Source of the DNA: Okamejei kenojei
Lineage: Eukaryota
Direction: 5' to 3'
Assembly (NCBI GenBank): GCA_035221665.1
Contig: CM069132.1
Coordinates: forward strand, 40,610,001-40,674,000
DNA length: 64,000 nt
Position numbers and translations under genes: made by a program. Every line of letters begins with the position of its first letter. Position 1 is the first letter of the stretch. Under the pieces are notes generated by a model, which saw nothing but the letters and a program-made list of their open reading frames with translations, was not told the origin of the DNA and did no database searches. Shown here one piece after another: positions 1-13,164 of the stretch.

Positions 1-175
1 GTAAGTTATACTAAGTTGGTTGGGTTTCTGTATTGTTTAAATCCCTTACAGAAACTTCGTAATGCAGAAAAGGATCAAAAAGACGCTGCTTCAAGCATGC
101 CATTGAAGACCGCTGGACTTCGGAGCGAGATCGGCGGGCAACATTCCCGAAGCTGACCATTGATTTCCGGCAGCA

Positions 176-3100
176 CCCTTGGGGGGTGTTTGCTAGTCTG
201 GGAGGATTTAAACCAATGTGGCAGGGGGATGGGTACAAGAGCAGAGAGGCAGGTGGGTGTAAAATGAGGGTAGAAGCAATAGGTAGCAAGTGAAAAGTAA
301 AAGTGGCAGGCAGACAAAACCAGGGCAAAAATCAAAAATGGCCACTTTTCAACATAATTGTATAAGGGGTAAGAGTGTTGTAAAAACAAGCCTGAAGGCT
401 TTGTGCCTCAATGCAAGGAGTATTCGTAATAAGGTGGATGAGTTGAACGTGCAGATAACTATTAATGATTATGATATAGTTGGGATCACGGAGACATGGC
501 TCCAGGGTGACGTAGGCTGGGAGCTGAACATCCAGGGATATTCAATATTCAGGAGGGATAGAGAGAAAGGAAAAGGAGGTGGAGTAGCGTTGCTGGTTAG
601 AGAGGAGATTAACGCAATGGAAAGGAAGGACATTAGCTTGGAGGATGTGGAATCGGTATGGGTAGAGCTGCAAAACACTAAGGGGCAGAAAACGTTGGTG
701 GGTGTTGTGTACAGGCCACCTAACAGTAGGAGTGAAGTTGGGGATGGTATCAAACAGGAAATTAGAAATGCGTGCAACAAAGGTAAAACAGTTATTATGG
801 GTGACTTCAATCTAAATATAGATTGGGTGAATCAAATTGGCAGGGGTGCTGATGAAGAGGATTTCTTCGAATGTATGCGGGATAGTTTTCTAAATCAACA
901 TATAGAGGAACCAACGAGAGAGCAGGCTATTTTAGACTGGGTTTTGAGTAGTGAGGAAGGGATAGTTAGCAGTCTTGTTGTACGTGCCCCTTTGGGCAAG
1001 AGTGACCATAATATGATTGAGTTCTTCATTAGGATGGAGAGTGACATTGCTAATTCAGAAACAGTGGTTCTGAACTAAAAGAAAGGTAACTTTGAGGGTA
1101 TGAGACGTGAATTGGCCAAGATTGACTGGCAAAGGGTTGACGGTGGATATGCAATGGAAGACATTTAAAGACTGCATGGATGAACTACAAAAATTGTTCA
1201 TCCCAGTTTGGCAAAAGAATAAATCGGGGACGGTAGTGCATCCATGGATAACAAGGGAAATCAGAGATAGTATCAAAGCAAAGGATGATGCGTACAAAGT
1301 AGCCAGAAAAAGCAGCATACCAGAGGACTGGGAGAAATTCAGAGACCAGCAGAGGAGGACAAAGGGCTTAATTAGGAAAGGAAAAATAGATTATGAAAGT
1401 CAATTGGCAGGGAACATAAAAACTGACTGCAAAGGTTTTTATAGATATGTGAAGAGAAAGAGATTAGTTAAAACAAATGTAGGTCCCTTGCAGTCAGAAA
1501 CAGGTGAGTTGATCATGGGGAACAAGGATATTGCAGACCAATTGAATAACTACCTTGGTTCCTTTCAATTCACTTCCTTATGTCTTCACTAAGGAAGACA
1601 TAAATAATCTGCCGAAAATAGCAGGGGACCACGGGTCAAAGGAGGAATTGAGTGAAACCAGGTTAGTCGGGAAGTGGTGTTGGGTAAATTGAATGGATTA
1701 AAGGCCGATAAATCCCCAGGGCCAGATAGGCTGCATCCCAGAGTATTTAAGGAAGTAGCTCCGGAAATAGTGGATGCATTAGTGATAATCTTTCAAAACT
1801 CTTTAGATTCTGGAGTAGTTCCTGAGGATTGGCGGGTAGCAAACGTAACCCCTCTTTTTAAGAAGGGAGGGAGAGAGAAAACGGGGAATTACAGACCAGT
1901 TAGTCTAACATCGGTAGTGGGGAAACTGCTAGAGTCAGTTATTAAAGATGGTATAGCAGCACATTTGGAAAGTGGTGAAATCATTAGACAAAATCAGCAT
2001 GGATTTACGAAAGGTAAATCATGTCTAACAAATCTTGTGGAATTTTTCGAGGATGTAACTAGTAGCGTGGATAAGGGAGAACCAGTGGATGTGTTGTATC
2101 TGGACTTCCAGAAGGCTTTCGACAAGGTCCCACATAAGAGATTAGTATACAAACTTAAAGCATACGGCATTGGGGGTTCAGTATTGATGTGGATAGAAAA
2201 CTGGCTGGCAAACAGGAAGCAAAGTGTAGGAGTAAACGTGTCCTTTTCCCAATGGCAGGCAGTGACTAGTGGGGTACCGCAAGGCTCAGTGCTGGGACCC
2301 CAGCTATTTGCAATATATATTAATGATCTGGATGAGGGAATTGAAGGCAATATCTCCAACTTTGCGGATGACACTAAGATGGGGGGCAGTGTTAGCTGTG
2401 AGGAGGATGCTAGGAGACTGCAAAGTGACTTGGATAGGCTGGGTGAGTGGGCAAATGTTTGGCAGATGCAATATAATGTGGATAAATGTGAGGTTATCCA
2501 CTTTGGTGGCAAAAACAGGAAAGCAGACTATTACCTAAATGGTGGCCGATTAGGAAAAGGGGAGATGCAGCGAGACCTGGGTGTCATGGTACACCAGTCA
2601 ATGAAAGTAGGCATGCAGGTGCAGCAGGCAGTGAAGAAAGCAAATGATATGTTAGCTTTCATAGCAAAAGGATTTGAGTATAGGAGCAGGGAGGTTCTAC
2701 TTCAGTTGTACAGGGTCTTGGTGAGACCACACCTGGAGTATTGCGTACAGTTTTGGTCTCCAAATCTGAGGAAGGAATTATTGCGATAGAGGGAGTGCAG
2801 AGAAGGTTCACCAGACTGATTCCTGGGATGTCAGGACTGTCTTATGAAAAAAGACTGGATCGACTCGGTTTATACTCTATAGAATTTAGGAGATTGAGAA
2901 GCGATCTTATAGAAAGTTACAAAATTCTTACGGTGTTCGACAGGCTAGATGCAGGTAGATTGTTCCCGATGTTGGGGAAGTCCAGGACAAGGGGTCACAG
3001 CTTAAGCGTAAGGGGGAAATCCTTTAAGACCGAGATGAGAAAGACTTTTTTCGCACAGAGAGTAGTGGGTCTCTGGAACTCTCTGCCACAGAGGGTAGTT

Positions 3101-3288
3101 GAGGCCAGTTCATTGGCTATTTTTAATAGGGAGCTAGATGTGGCCCTTGTGGCTAAGGGGATCAGAGGGTATGGAGAGAAGGCAGGTACGGGATACTGAG
3201 TTGGATGATCAGCCATGATCATATTGAATGGCGGTGCAGGCTCGATGGGCTGAATGGCCTACTCCTGCACCTAATTTCTATGTTTCTA
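176..3288 (+). mobile_element. CR1-clade LINE, 5'-truncated near the end of ORF1, almost complete ORF2 plus 3' UTR
   Basis: APE endonuclease motifs (LNARS, ITETWL, VYRPP, MGDFN, LDWVL, SDH) in ORF 290-1078; RT motifs (KSPGPD, NYRPVSLTS, QHGF, LDFQKAFD, GVPQGSVLGP, FADD) in 1674-2789; CR1 C-terminus (TRGH, WNSLP) in 2741-3199; 3' end TTTCTATGTTTCTA. Confidence 0.95.
290..3199 (+). pseudogene. CR1 ORF2 (endonuclease/reverse transcriptase) broken by frameshifts into four ORFs
   Basis: Collinear ORFs 290-1078, 1107-1592, 1674-2789 and 2741-3199 in different frames. Confidence 0.9.
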
Positions 3289-4152
3289 TATCCCATTGAT
3301 GTACACCTCTGTCTAGCCACTTATCTCCGACATTATATTAATGACACACAAAATATAAGGAGAATGGAAACAGGTCTATTCATCAGTTTTTAAAGCCCAT
3401 ATCACATGGTAACTGTGCAGACAATTTCCAGGTGGCTCAGGGTGGTGTTGGATGCAGCAGGGGTAGACACTGATATTCAAATCTCATTCTACCAGGGCTG
3501 CGTCCACATCAGCGGCGAGGACCATGGAGGTACGCATGGACCATGTCCTCGCAGCAACGGGCTTGGCCAACGGAGACGCATCTCAACGGTTTTATAACAA
3601 ACCTGTGGCCACTCCTGCGACATTTGCAGATACTGTTTTAAGTTCTGTTCCCTGAACGGTTCCTGAACTCAGGGATTTTTTGTTTGTATTAATGAATACA
3701 TTATTGTTTTTCTGCTCTGTTACAAGTCTGAAATACGTTAACACACTTCCTCCATCAGTTATTACGGCAGTGTGTGAGCATGGACGTGGTCCAGGGCATG
3801 AAATCACAGAGCTTTGAAATCTTCACGAAGTCACTCACATGACTCCGAAGTAAAATAGTAAGATTAAACGAGAACTTACCAGTTTGAAGTTTGATCCTTA
3901 TTTTATGAGGAGTTACGATGAGGGATTTCGTGCCCTCCGCTCCCAACCCTCTATCATAAGGTCAACTGGTATATGGTTTCTCTTAATCTTACTATCTCCA
4001 GTCAGTTCTGCTATCTGTGATTTCACACTGCTGCTTTGAAGAATGTTGCGCATGCGTGCTGGTGGGGTCTTCACGAAATCCCTCATCGTAACTCCTCATA
4101 AAATAAGGATCAAACTTCAAACTGGTAAGTTCTCGTTTAATCTTACTATTTT
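3289..4152 (+). mobile_element. DIRS1-type retrotransposon remnant: tyrosine recombinase C-terminus, ICR and right terminus
   Basis: Translates (with frameshifts) as YPIDVHLC...VQTISRWLRVVLDAAGVDTD...KSHSTRAA...FYNKPV, homologous to the YR at 32262-33234; termini nearly identical to the element at 31688-32028. Confidence 0.9.
3854..4150. repeat. Perfect 79-bp inverted repeat (3854-3932 / 4072-4150): DIRS internal complementary region versus right terminus
   Basis: AATAGTAAGATTAAACGAG...GGATTTCGTG and its exact reverse complement. Confidence 0.95.
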
Positions 4153-4759
4153 GTTGCATATCCTTTGCATGTAATGACTGCTTGAAGTCTTGTTTTGGGG
4201 GCTAGTTTCCTTCAGTTTTCTCTTCAGCATATAAAAGTCATGCCTAATTGGGTTCAGATTGGGTGAATGATTTGGCCACTCAGGAATTGACCATTTTTAA
4301 GCTTTGAAAAACTCCTTTGTTGCTTTTGTTTGGGATAATTGTCTTGCTGTAGAATGAACTACAGCAATTAGGAGTAAAATTAGGAGTAAAATTAATGAAG
4401 TCAGATGCTTGTTGATCTTGGTCCCTTTAACAGTCATTGCATTACAGGAAAAATGTGGAGGCATTGGAAGGAATGCAGAAGTGCTTTTACCAGGATGCTG
4501 CTTGGATTAGAGATTAGCTATAAGGATTGATAAACTTGGAAGTATTGTAAGCTGAGTGACAACCTGATAGAAGAATATTCTGACAGTTAAAAGGTTTGGA
4601 AGGATGTATGAGCCAGGCACATGAAAGTCGGACTAGCTCAGTTAGACAATTTAGTCAGCATAAACAAAGTGGGCTGAGAGAGAAACACTGCTTCTGTGCT
4701 GTATAACTATGTGACTCGAGCTCTATGACTCTATATAACATTATGAGCATCATAAACAC

Positions 4760-5035
4760 TAGTTTAGTTTAGTTATACAGCATGGAAACAGGCTCTTTGG
4801 CCCACCGAGGTCACGCTGACCATCGATCTCTATTCACACCAGTTCTCTGTTGTCCCACTATCTTATCCACTCTCTCCCTACACAAGGGAAATTTACAGAG
4901 GTCAATTAACGTACAAACCTGAATTTCACAGGGAGAATGTGCAAACTCCACACGGCTAGCACCCGGGGTCAGGATCGAACCGGGGTCTCCGGCACTGTGA
5001 GGCAGCGGCTCTACCAGCTGCGCCACTGTGCCGCC
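4760..5035 (-). mobile_element. tRNA-derived V-SINE (HE1-like)
   Basis: Minus strand: A box TGGCGCAGCTGG, B box GGTTCGATCC, V-domain GTGTGGAGTTTGCACATTCTCCC, (ACTAA)n tail. Confidence 0.85.
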
Positions 5036-5339
5036 ATAGCTAAGGTTATATATTTAAGTTTTTTTTACATGGAGGGTGATGGGTGCTTGGAACATGCCAC
5101 CAGGGGAAGTGGTAGAAGCAGATATGAAAGCAACATTGAAGAGGCATTTAGACAGACATGTGAACAGGTAGGGAATTAAGGGTTATAGATCACATGCCGG
5201 CAAATATGCAGTTTAAATAGTCTTCATGGTCAGCACATTATGGGCAAAAGGCTCTGTTCCTGGGTGCTGTGCTCTTCTATGTTCTATGAGCACATAGTAT
5301 ATAAGTAGAGATCTCATGCCTGTACTGTATAAGGATTGC

Positions 5340-5640
5340 AACACAAAGTGCCGGAGTAATTCACAGGTCGGGCAGCATCTCTGAAAGATAGGGTAGGTGA
5401 CATAGAGTCAGAAGAAGACTCTCGACCCGAAACGTCACCCATTCCTTCTCTCCAGAGATGCTGCCTGTCCCGTTGAGTTACTCCAGCATTTCGTGTCTAT
5501 CTTCGGATAGGTGATTATTTGGGCCGGGGCCCTTCTTCAGAAATGATGCCCATCCATTTCTTCCAGGGATGCCAGCTGGCCCGCTGAATTACTCCTATGC
5601 TATGTGTTTTTCTTTTTGTTAACCGGTCGTTCCTTCGGTT
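5340..5640. mobile_element. Penelope-derived fold-back repeat cluster with degenerate hammerhead motif
   Basis: Inverted arms ACACAAAGTGCCGGAGTAA... / ...TTACTCCAGCATTTCGTGT; motif CAGAAGAAGACTCTCGACCCGAAACGTC near 5409-5436. Confidence 0.7.
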
Positions 5641-5780
5641 TGTATAAGGACTAGTTAGGTCATGGCAGCCAGAGTCCTGTGTACAATTCTGGTCACCACC
5701 CTACAGGAAAGATGTGAGAGCATAAGAGATGGTACACGGAAAATTTACAAGTATGGTGTTAGGGCTGCAAATTTATAGTT

Positions 5781-6400
5781 ATAACCATATAATAACCATA
5801 TAACAATTACAGCACGGAGACAGGCCCTCTCAGTTTTCCTCCCCCCATCTACCTGCACTCAGACCATACCCCTCCATTCCCTTCACGTCCATATACCTAT
5901 CCATTACTTTTAAATGTTAAAATCGATCCTGCCTCCACCACCTCTGCTGGAAGTAGCCACCAGAGTAAAGAAGTTCCCCCTCACGTTACCCCTAAACTTC
6001 TGTCCCTTAATTCTCATGTCATGCCCTCTTGTTTGAATCTTTCCTACCCTCAATGGGAAAAGCTTATCCACGTCAACTCCCTTATCCACGTCTATCCCTT
6101 TCATCATTTTAAAGACCTCAATCAAGTCCCCCCTTAACCTTCTGCGCTCCAAAGAATAAAGACCTAACTTGTTCAACCTTTCTCTGTAACATAGTTGCTG
6201 GAACCCTGGCAACATTCTAGTAAATCTCCTCTGTACTCTCTCTATTTTGTTGACATCCTTCCTATAACTAGGCGACCAAAATTGTACACCATACTCCAGA
6301 ATTGGTCTTACCAATGCCTTGTACAATTTTAACATTACTTCCCTACTCCTATATTCAATGCTCTGATTTATAAAGGCCAGCACACCAAAGGCTTTCTTTA
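5781..6400 (-). mobile_element. CR1 3' fragment nested in an older plus-strand CR1 fragment (about 5655-6420)
   Basis: ORF 5910-6383 (LYKALVRPILEY, RRLRGDLIE, TRGH); TTATATGG-type tail; older copy reads AGTTAT before and GAGAAGAGATTG after the insert. Confidence 0.85.
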
Positions 6401-7723
6401 TGAGAAGAGATTGATGGGCTCAGGGTGAGCAAAGGAGAAATGCGGAGGTAATGCAGCCGAGGTATGTAGTAATAAGTGGGCCCTAACTGTCTATTCAAAG
6501 AAATAGATTAAACAACCTATCTTTTTGGTGACATTGGAAAAGGCAGATGGAACTTACTATTACCATTTTATTCAAGAGCATCAATGAAGGTAATGTTGCA
6601 CTTCCCTACTTTCAGTCTAATAATATCAACCTATTTTTATTTAAATCTATGGGTGGAATTTAAATCCACAATCTTTTATCTTTAGCTATAATGATCCCAT
6701 TGTATCCAGGCTTGACATCAAGCACCAACAACATCTTGGCTCTAAAGGACGTTCTGTTTGATATATAGTGGCTGTCTTTGTGTCCTGTCTTTTGCTTCAT
6801 GGGACAATTCTGTGGTAAATCTGTGAGAATCTGAAGCATTCTCTCCTCTTGCCCATCATAGTTAATTCTGCAGAGCAGGACTGTGATGGGCCAGATCAAA
6901 CTGCATTGTCCCCCATCTACCCTCAAATGTTCAGTGCATCTTTGACATCTGAATATAATAGTGTAGATGTCAGTGCTTTGCTGAAGGTCAGACACCCTGA
7001 GTTCAGTGGCCAGCTTCAGATCATAGTTAGCAGAGGGTCAGGTGCATTTGACATTCAGTTCCCTAGTTTACATCAGCCATGGCTGGCATACAAGCAGCAG
7101 TCCCTTTCATTTGAGTATAGTTCTTGACCTTCTTTAAAATACTAGGTTCTGATGAAGCTTTGTTCCTCTTTATTTCACTTTATATTGCAGAGGTTAAACA
7201 TTTTTAAATACATTATTATTTGCAATTATTTACATCCATTCAAACTCTATTAAAATGTTCCTGAATGTCCCAGAAGCCTTTTTGATGGCCAGTTCAACAG
7301 GTAATGCATCAGTGAATGCTGTTTTAGGAATAGAATGCAAGCTAATTGTGGATGGCAAAGAGGATCAAATGTGTACAATAATCAGCAGCACCACTTATTT
7401 ACTTTGTCAAATGTTCTTTTGACACAGCATTCAGCGCTTTTTTTCCCCTTTTTAAACCAATATTCTCAAGGTCACATTTTTTACCTCAGTATATTTTGTT
7501 TTGAAAATGAATAGGCTTAGATTGGCACATTAAGCAAAAGGTGTTTATGATGTTTGATGTATGATGTTCATACATTTTCTGGAATTGTTAGTATTATTTA
7601 CAAAAATAAAGGCAATTCATAGTGTTATGATCTCAGAAAGGGAAAGTTGAGATGAAGAACGTTCCCCAAAGTCTCTTTCATTCAATCTCCTTCATGTCTT
7701 TCATTCAGTTTCCTGCACTTCAG

Positions 7724-7808
7724 AGCCTGGTTATGCAATCCAAGGCCATGGGAACTCAACTATGATAACCCTGGAAAAATGAAAATCATTCGTCTTGGGT
7801 CAGATGAG
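7724..7808 (+). CDS. Possible internal coding exon of an unidentified host gene (AWLCNPRPWELNYDNPGKMKIIRLGSDE)
   Basis: Pyrimidine tract and CAG acceptor at 7721-7723, open frame in unique sequence; donor weak (GC type or GTCAGA). Confidence 0.25.
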
Positions 7809-8789
7809 GCAGTTTTTTTTTTTTTGCAAGTTAAAAAAAAACTCAACAATGTTTGCTGGGTGGCAATGTGTGCGACATATCCAGAGAAGAGTGTTGGTAA
7901 GCCATAAGCTATCAAAGATTTGATGGCAACATTGATCTGGGCAGACACAAAGGGAGCAGCCCAGGGACAAAGCATACCCTGGAGTGTTGAATCCTTTGGG
8001 CTTGGCTATCTAACCAATTTTCTGGTTTGGTTGGATTGGGTAGCAAAAATGATGAGCTCAGGTTAGATTTAGTTTGATCACACTAAGCTGAGGTTCGGAT
8101 CAGATTTTAACTTTATTACCAAAGCAGACCTCTACCACAATCTTTCCGTTTTTAATGTACTGCTTTGGCTCTTATCTTTTGAGCTTCAGTTTTTATTTGG
8201 AGTAAAACATTTTCAAGAATCTTAATAAGCTCCATGAGAAAGCTGTTTGGACTGTTTTGCTATTTAATAACGATTTCTGATGAACCTTCTGGTGATTATA
8301 GCATTTACAAATCATTGCATGAAAAGCTTGCTCCCAGTTGTTTATTTAATAAGTATTGTCTGCGTGATTGTTGCCAGCTTCTCACAGCTTGATGCTTGAA
8401 TTTGATTTTAAAGATAGTAATTGTTTGTTTGGATTAACAGTGCACTAAGTATAAAGTCTGATGGCACAAGTGATTGCAGATGGTGGGATCTGGACCAAAA
8501 CAAAGGAGGGCTGCTGGAGGAACTGTCCAATGGAGGGAAATGGACTCTCTGTATTTCGGGTCAAGACCCTCCTTCATCCCAGATGAAGGGTCTCGACCTG
8601 CTACTTATGAGCAGTGCACATAGTATTTATGGCTAATAGGGTTAAGTTGTTGTTTCACATTTCTTCTGCCATGATACAAAACCTGTGTATCTTAGAATTG
8701 TGTGAGCAATGTCATTCTATTTAGTTGGCACTTTCAGTTTAAGGAACTCAGTAAGTAGTTTTAGGACGATTTGAAAGAATATGACAAGT

Positions 8790-9180
8790 GACATTAGAAC
8801 AGGTCACTGATATCATCTCCTTGGCCCTACACTCATCCCTGGAGCAGTTCAGAAAAAAAGAAAAATAGGCTCCTATTCATCAACATAACTCTGCTTTCAA
8901 TACCATTATCCCAGCAGGCTGGAGTTAAGATGTGCCATAACCAGCCTCTTGAAGCACTCCATGATGGTGAATGTCAAGGCCACTGGACAGTAGTTATTAG
9001 CTTTGAGATCCTGCTTTTCTTTGGCACCGGGATGTTAGAGGTCTTCTTGAAGATGGTCTGTACCTCAGAACGGAGTAGGGAGAGATTACAGATGTCCGTG
9101 AATACTCGCACGGGTTGGTCCGCACAGGGCCTAAGGACAAAGCCCAGCACTTCATCCGGACTAGAAATTGTATCATTCTG
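8790..9180. mobile_element. Decayed Rex1-like RT fragments in opposite orientations
   Basis: Plus about 8790-8915 resembles ISLALHS...RLLFI...SAFNTIIP; minus 8920-9180 gives CADQPVRVFTDICNLSLLRSEV...PVPKK; both match the RT at 43158-44597. Confidence 0.75.
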
Positions 9181-9713
9181 TAGCACCAAGTAAGATTGGG
9201 CAGTTAATAACTATTGAATTCTTGCACCCATAAGCATCAGCTTAGGTTATTGTTCTTTTCAATCAGAAAACAATGTTACTTCATATGCTACCCAGAAGAT
9301 TCACATGATAATTTTGATTTCCTTCCTAATTTTCAAAAATGAATTTAAAAAATGCTTTTTCATGTCATTTCCAGAGCATTGCTACATAGAAATGTTGTGT
9401 CATAATTTAGCCTTCGCTAGCTACTTGATGTAACAATTTATGATTTTGGTATTAGAATGACTTAACTTTATGAGCACTGCAAGTAGTATACATATTGACC
9501 TGAGACAGAGTTAGTATAATTAAGTTAGTTAATTATCTCACTCTGGTGAGTTTACTGGTGAAAGGAAATTAAAGACAAAGATCATTACTCAGTCATTTAT
9601 ACTTCAGAGTTTGCAGAGATAAAAGATCATTATTCAAGTGAAGAAGAATTGCATTTTATTTTCCACATGGGATATCCTACTTGTTTTCCTTTCCATTCCC
9701 TGCTGTCTACTAG

Positions 9714-9750
9714 ATGAAGACATTATTTTAAACAAAAGTGCAACCAAAAA
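9714..9750 (+). CDS. Possible 37-nt coding exon ((D)EDIILNKSATK)
   Basis: Long pyrimidine tract and TAG acceptor, donor GTAATG at 9751; no homology support. Confidence 0.2.
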
Positions 9751-10994
9751 GTAATGGGCATGCATTACTACATTTCCAAATAGTCTTTTATCACATTTCG
9801 TTCTTTGTGCAATGGCTTTTTAAATGAAATGTCCTTAATTGAGTAGTGAAAGCATTTTCCATTAACACTTCCTGCACCATGGAGAAAAAATAATTGGATT
9901 AAATTAAGTTGTTGGAAAGTGAGATTACATAACGAAGGATGAAAAGTCGGTGACATTTTCAAAGTCACTTTTAAGGCTCATTTGTTAAATGAAGGTTATT
10001 CAGTAGTGATTAATAATGTGGTAAAAAAGGTATATGTTTCCCCTCAAAGTTTAAAGGTTATCAAAGTATGTAGCCTACATTTAATAAAAACAGACTTATT
10101 TAGAGTAATGCCTCAATGAAACCTATAGAAGATGTCAAACTGCATAAACTGTTTTTGGGTTATCATTTATGATATTTCTTAGCTAAGAAGTTAATGACAA
10201 CATTTGAACAAATTTAATGTGCTGTTTTTTATTAATAGGTAAATCTTCTACCAATTTGGACAGAGGGATAGACATAAGAAACTGCAGATACTGGTTTACA
10301 AAAAAAGACATAAAGTGCTGAAGTAATTCTGCAGGGCAGGCAGCATCTCTGGAGAATATGGATAGATGACATTTTGAGTTGTGACCCTTCTCCAGTCAGA
10401 AGAAGGGTCCCGACCCAAAATGTTGCCTATATAAAGTTATTCAAGCGCTTCGTATCTTATTTTTTTAAACAAAGGGATACTCTCTATTTCTTCTGTCAAT
10501 TATCAGCTTGACAATGAGTAACATCTTAGTTACCTTTCCGTCCTCAAATTAATTGCCCTTTCATTAAAATTATCACATTGTTAAAATGTTATGTGGAGAT
10601 GAAAGCTTATTTCATGAATTGTGTGGAGTCAACTTTCCACATTCAATGTAAGGAGCATACAATTTTTGGTGCACAGTTGAAACTGGGAATAATGACAGGT
10701 TATTGGGTACCAAAAACAAAGGTCTTCTTGAACACTTTGTGCAAAATGGTATTTGGATCCAGCTTCCCAACGACCTGTTTCAAATCTGTATCATAGAATC
10801 TTGTATCTAAAATCATAAACATTTAGTCATTAAAATCCAATACAGAATTTCCAACATTAAAGATAAGCACAGGCAAATTGTACTCATTTGTACAATATCA
10901 GATTAATTTAATTTCAGGAAAAATTAATTCACATGATTCTTCCAGGGCTGTGACACTTCTCAGTTGACCATATCTTCAAATTTGTTTCATTAAG

Positions 10995-11710
10995 GTATTT
11001 GGTTGATGGCAAGACCCTTAAACACCATTGATGTGCAGAGATTATCTTGAGGTCTAGGTCCATAGCTCCTTGAAAGTGACAACACAAGTAGGTAGAGTGG
11101 TAAAGAACATGTATGGTATGCTCACCTTCGTTGGTCTGAGCATTGAGTATAAGAGTCAGGAAGCCATGATGTAGTTCCATGCAACTTTGATTAGGATACA
11201 TTTGGAGTAGTGTGTGTGGCTTGGTCGCCCAATTATAGTAATGATGTGGAAACTTTGAAAAGGGTACAGAAGAGATTGACCATAATGTTGCTTGGATTAG
11301 GGTTTATTTTGGCTACAAGGAGAGATTGGACAAACATGAGTTGTTTTATCTAGCATGTTGGAGAGTGAGGGATGATCTGATAGAAGTGTGTACAATTATG
11401 AAAGGCATAAACCTAGACCAAATCTAATAGCTCAAAACTGGACATCTATAAAATGCTGTGAATCACCAACATAATAGGAATATATTCCTATTCCTGAATC
11501 TGGAATGATTTGCCACAGAAGGCTGTAGAGACCAAGTTAGTGGATATTTCTAAGGCAGAGAGATAGATTCTTGATTAGTACAGGTGTCAGAGGGGAGAAG
11601 GCAGGAGAGTGGGATTAGAAGAGAGAGATAGATCAGCCATAATTGAATGGCGGAGTAGACTTCATGGGCCGAATGACCAAATTCTACTCCTGTTCCTTAT
11701 GACCTTATTA
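10995..11710 (+). mobile_element. Decayed CR1 3' fragments
   Basis: Degenerate CR1 C-terminal coding sequence and 3' UTR (GATCAGCCAT...GGCCGAATGACC). Confidence 0.7.
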
Positions 11711-13027
11711 ATGTACAGCACCACGCATACATCCTCATGATTTTTAATATCCATTATTTTATCAATACAGTAATTCCAGGTGATCAACCCTAATTTACTG
11801 AGAGTTGCAAAAGGATATGCCAAAAAGTAAAGCAATCCCACAGATCAGATCTGATCAAAGCTGAAAGGATCAAAGTTTAAAGGAAATACGCATGGCAAGA
11901 TATTTTTTTACAGTGGGAGGGCTTTTTCCTGTGCTGTACTGTTCTATGTTCAAAGCTTTGGACTTTTAGTTTAGTTTAATTTATTTTAGAGATCTGGTAA
12001 ATCAAGCAAATCAGGTTGCGAATCTTAAAAAGATATTAAAAAGCTAATGAGACAATGTGGCTTTAAGAATAACCTTGGAAATTGGCGGTTCCCAGTGTGC
12101 GATTGCTAAAAATAATGTTTAAACCTCCATAGTCTTGCTCAGCTGTCAGCTGCAAGTAAATAATTTGCCTTGACTTTTGCATTGAAGCATTGACTAAAAC
12201 CAGGACTAATCTAATCCGACTACTTGCCAACCATTCCTCCCAAACTTAATATTCAGAGTGATGGAAAATGTAATTGACAATGCTCTTAAGTGGCAATTGC
12301 TTTCTGATTTCAACTCACCAACACTCTGCCCTGGTTTTGCTAGAACCACCTGGCTCCAGAGCCTCATCACACCCTCCAAAGAGTTGAATTCCAAAGGGAA
12401 GTAGCAGAGAATACCCCTGATTCCAAGCCATTTGACCAAATGTAATGACAAAAATTAAAATTAATGGGCAGGAGTAAAACACTCCAAAGTCCAATTATAC
12501 ATTGGAAGATTGTTGTCTTTGTTGGAGGTCAGTCATCCCATTGGATCACCATTTCCAGAGTTCCTCAGGGCAGTGTCCTAAGGCGAGTGCTTTATCACTG
12601 ACCTTCCACATGGTTTACTTTCATTTGCTTCTATTCAAAATATTTACTATCTGCAAATAGCAACATTCCGGCATGGATACAAATGGACAAAATACAAATA
12701 ATATTTGAGCTTTGAAAGTATCAAAGACCATTCCAAATGAGCCTAACCACCCATTCTCGAAACTCACATAGTTAGTTTAGGATCAAGAAAAGTCATGAAG
12801 ATGGTGGAACCCAAATTGTCCTGGGGCACTCCTGCAGCCATGTTCTGGGAGATATTTTTGTTAATAGGATGACAAGTTATGAAAAAATCACGGCCTATAA
12901 AAGGTTACCAACAGATTAAGTGAGTGAGCAGTTACATAACAAGGGAATGTAATATGAGGAAATATGGTTATCCTCTTTTGTAGGAAAAGTATGTTGTTGA
13001 AATGGAGACAGGCTAAAGAATAGTGCT

Positions 13028-13164
13028 TCTTCTTCTTTCGTGTGGCGTGCACAGCCTAAAGTTGTTGGACAACTTGTTCTATTTGATCTTCCGTTTGTGC
13101 ACGTCGAGTTGATTGCATTAGTCGAAGCAGGGCGGACCTCGTGAAGGTTGCAATCTTCCACCCC
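13028..13164 (-). mobile_element. 137-bp non-autonomous retroposon with HDV-like ribozyme head and (GAA)n tail, 12-bp TSD
   Basis: TSD AAGAATAGTGCT at 13016-13027 and 13165-13176; minus-strand 3' end ...GCCACACGAAAGAAGAAGA; inserted in a CR1 remnant. Confidence 0.85.
13111..13164 (-). ncRNA. Minimal HDV-like (nested double pseudoknot) self-cleaving ribozyme, predicted
   Basis: GGGGUGG(P1) AA GAUUGCA(P2) ACC(P3) UUCACGA(L3) GGU(P3') CCGCCCU(P1') GCUUCGA CUAA(J4/2) UGCAAUC(P2'); G1-U wobble at the cleavage site. Confidence 0.8.

Noticed and set aside
4960-5035. tRNA gene (also near 24843, 39900, 56620)
   Set aside because: tRNA-like heads continue into a SINE V-domain and tail; no complete cloverleaf
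11990-12047. Possible exon DLVNQANQVANLKKILKS*
   Set aside because: The acceptor overlaps a SINE-tail-like TTTAG repeat and there is no independent support
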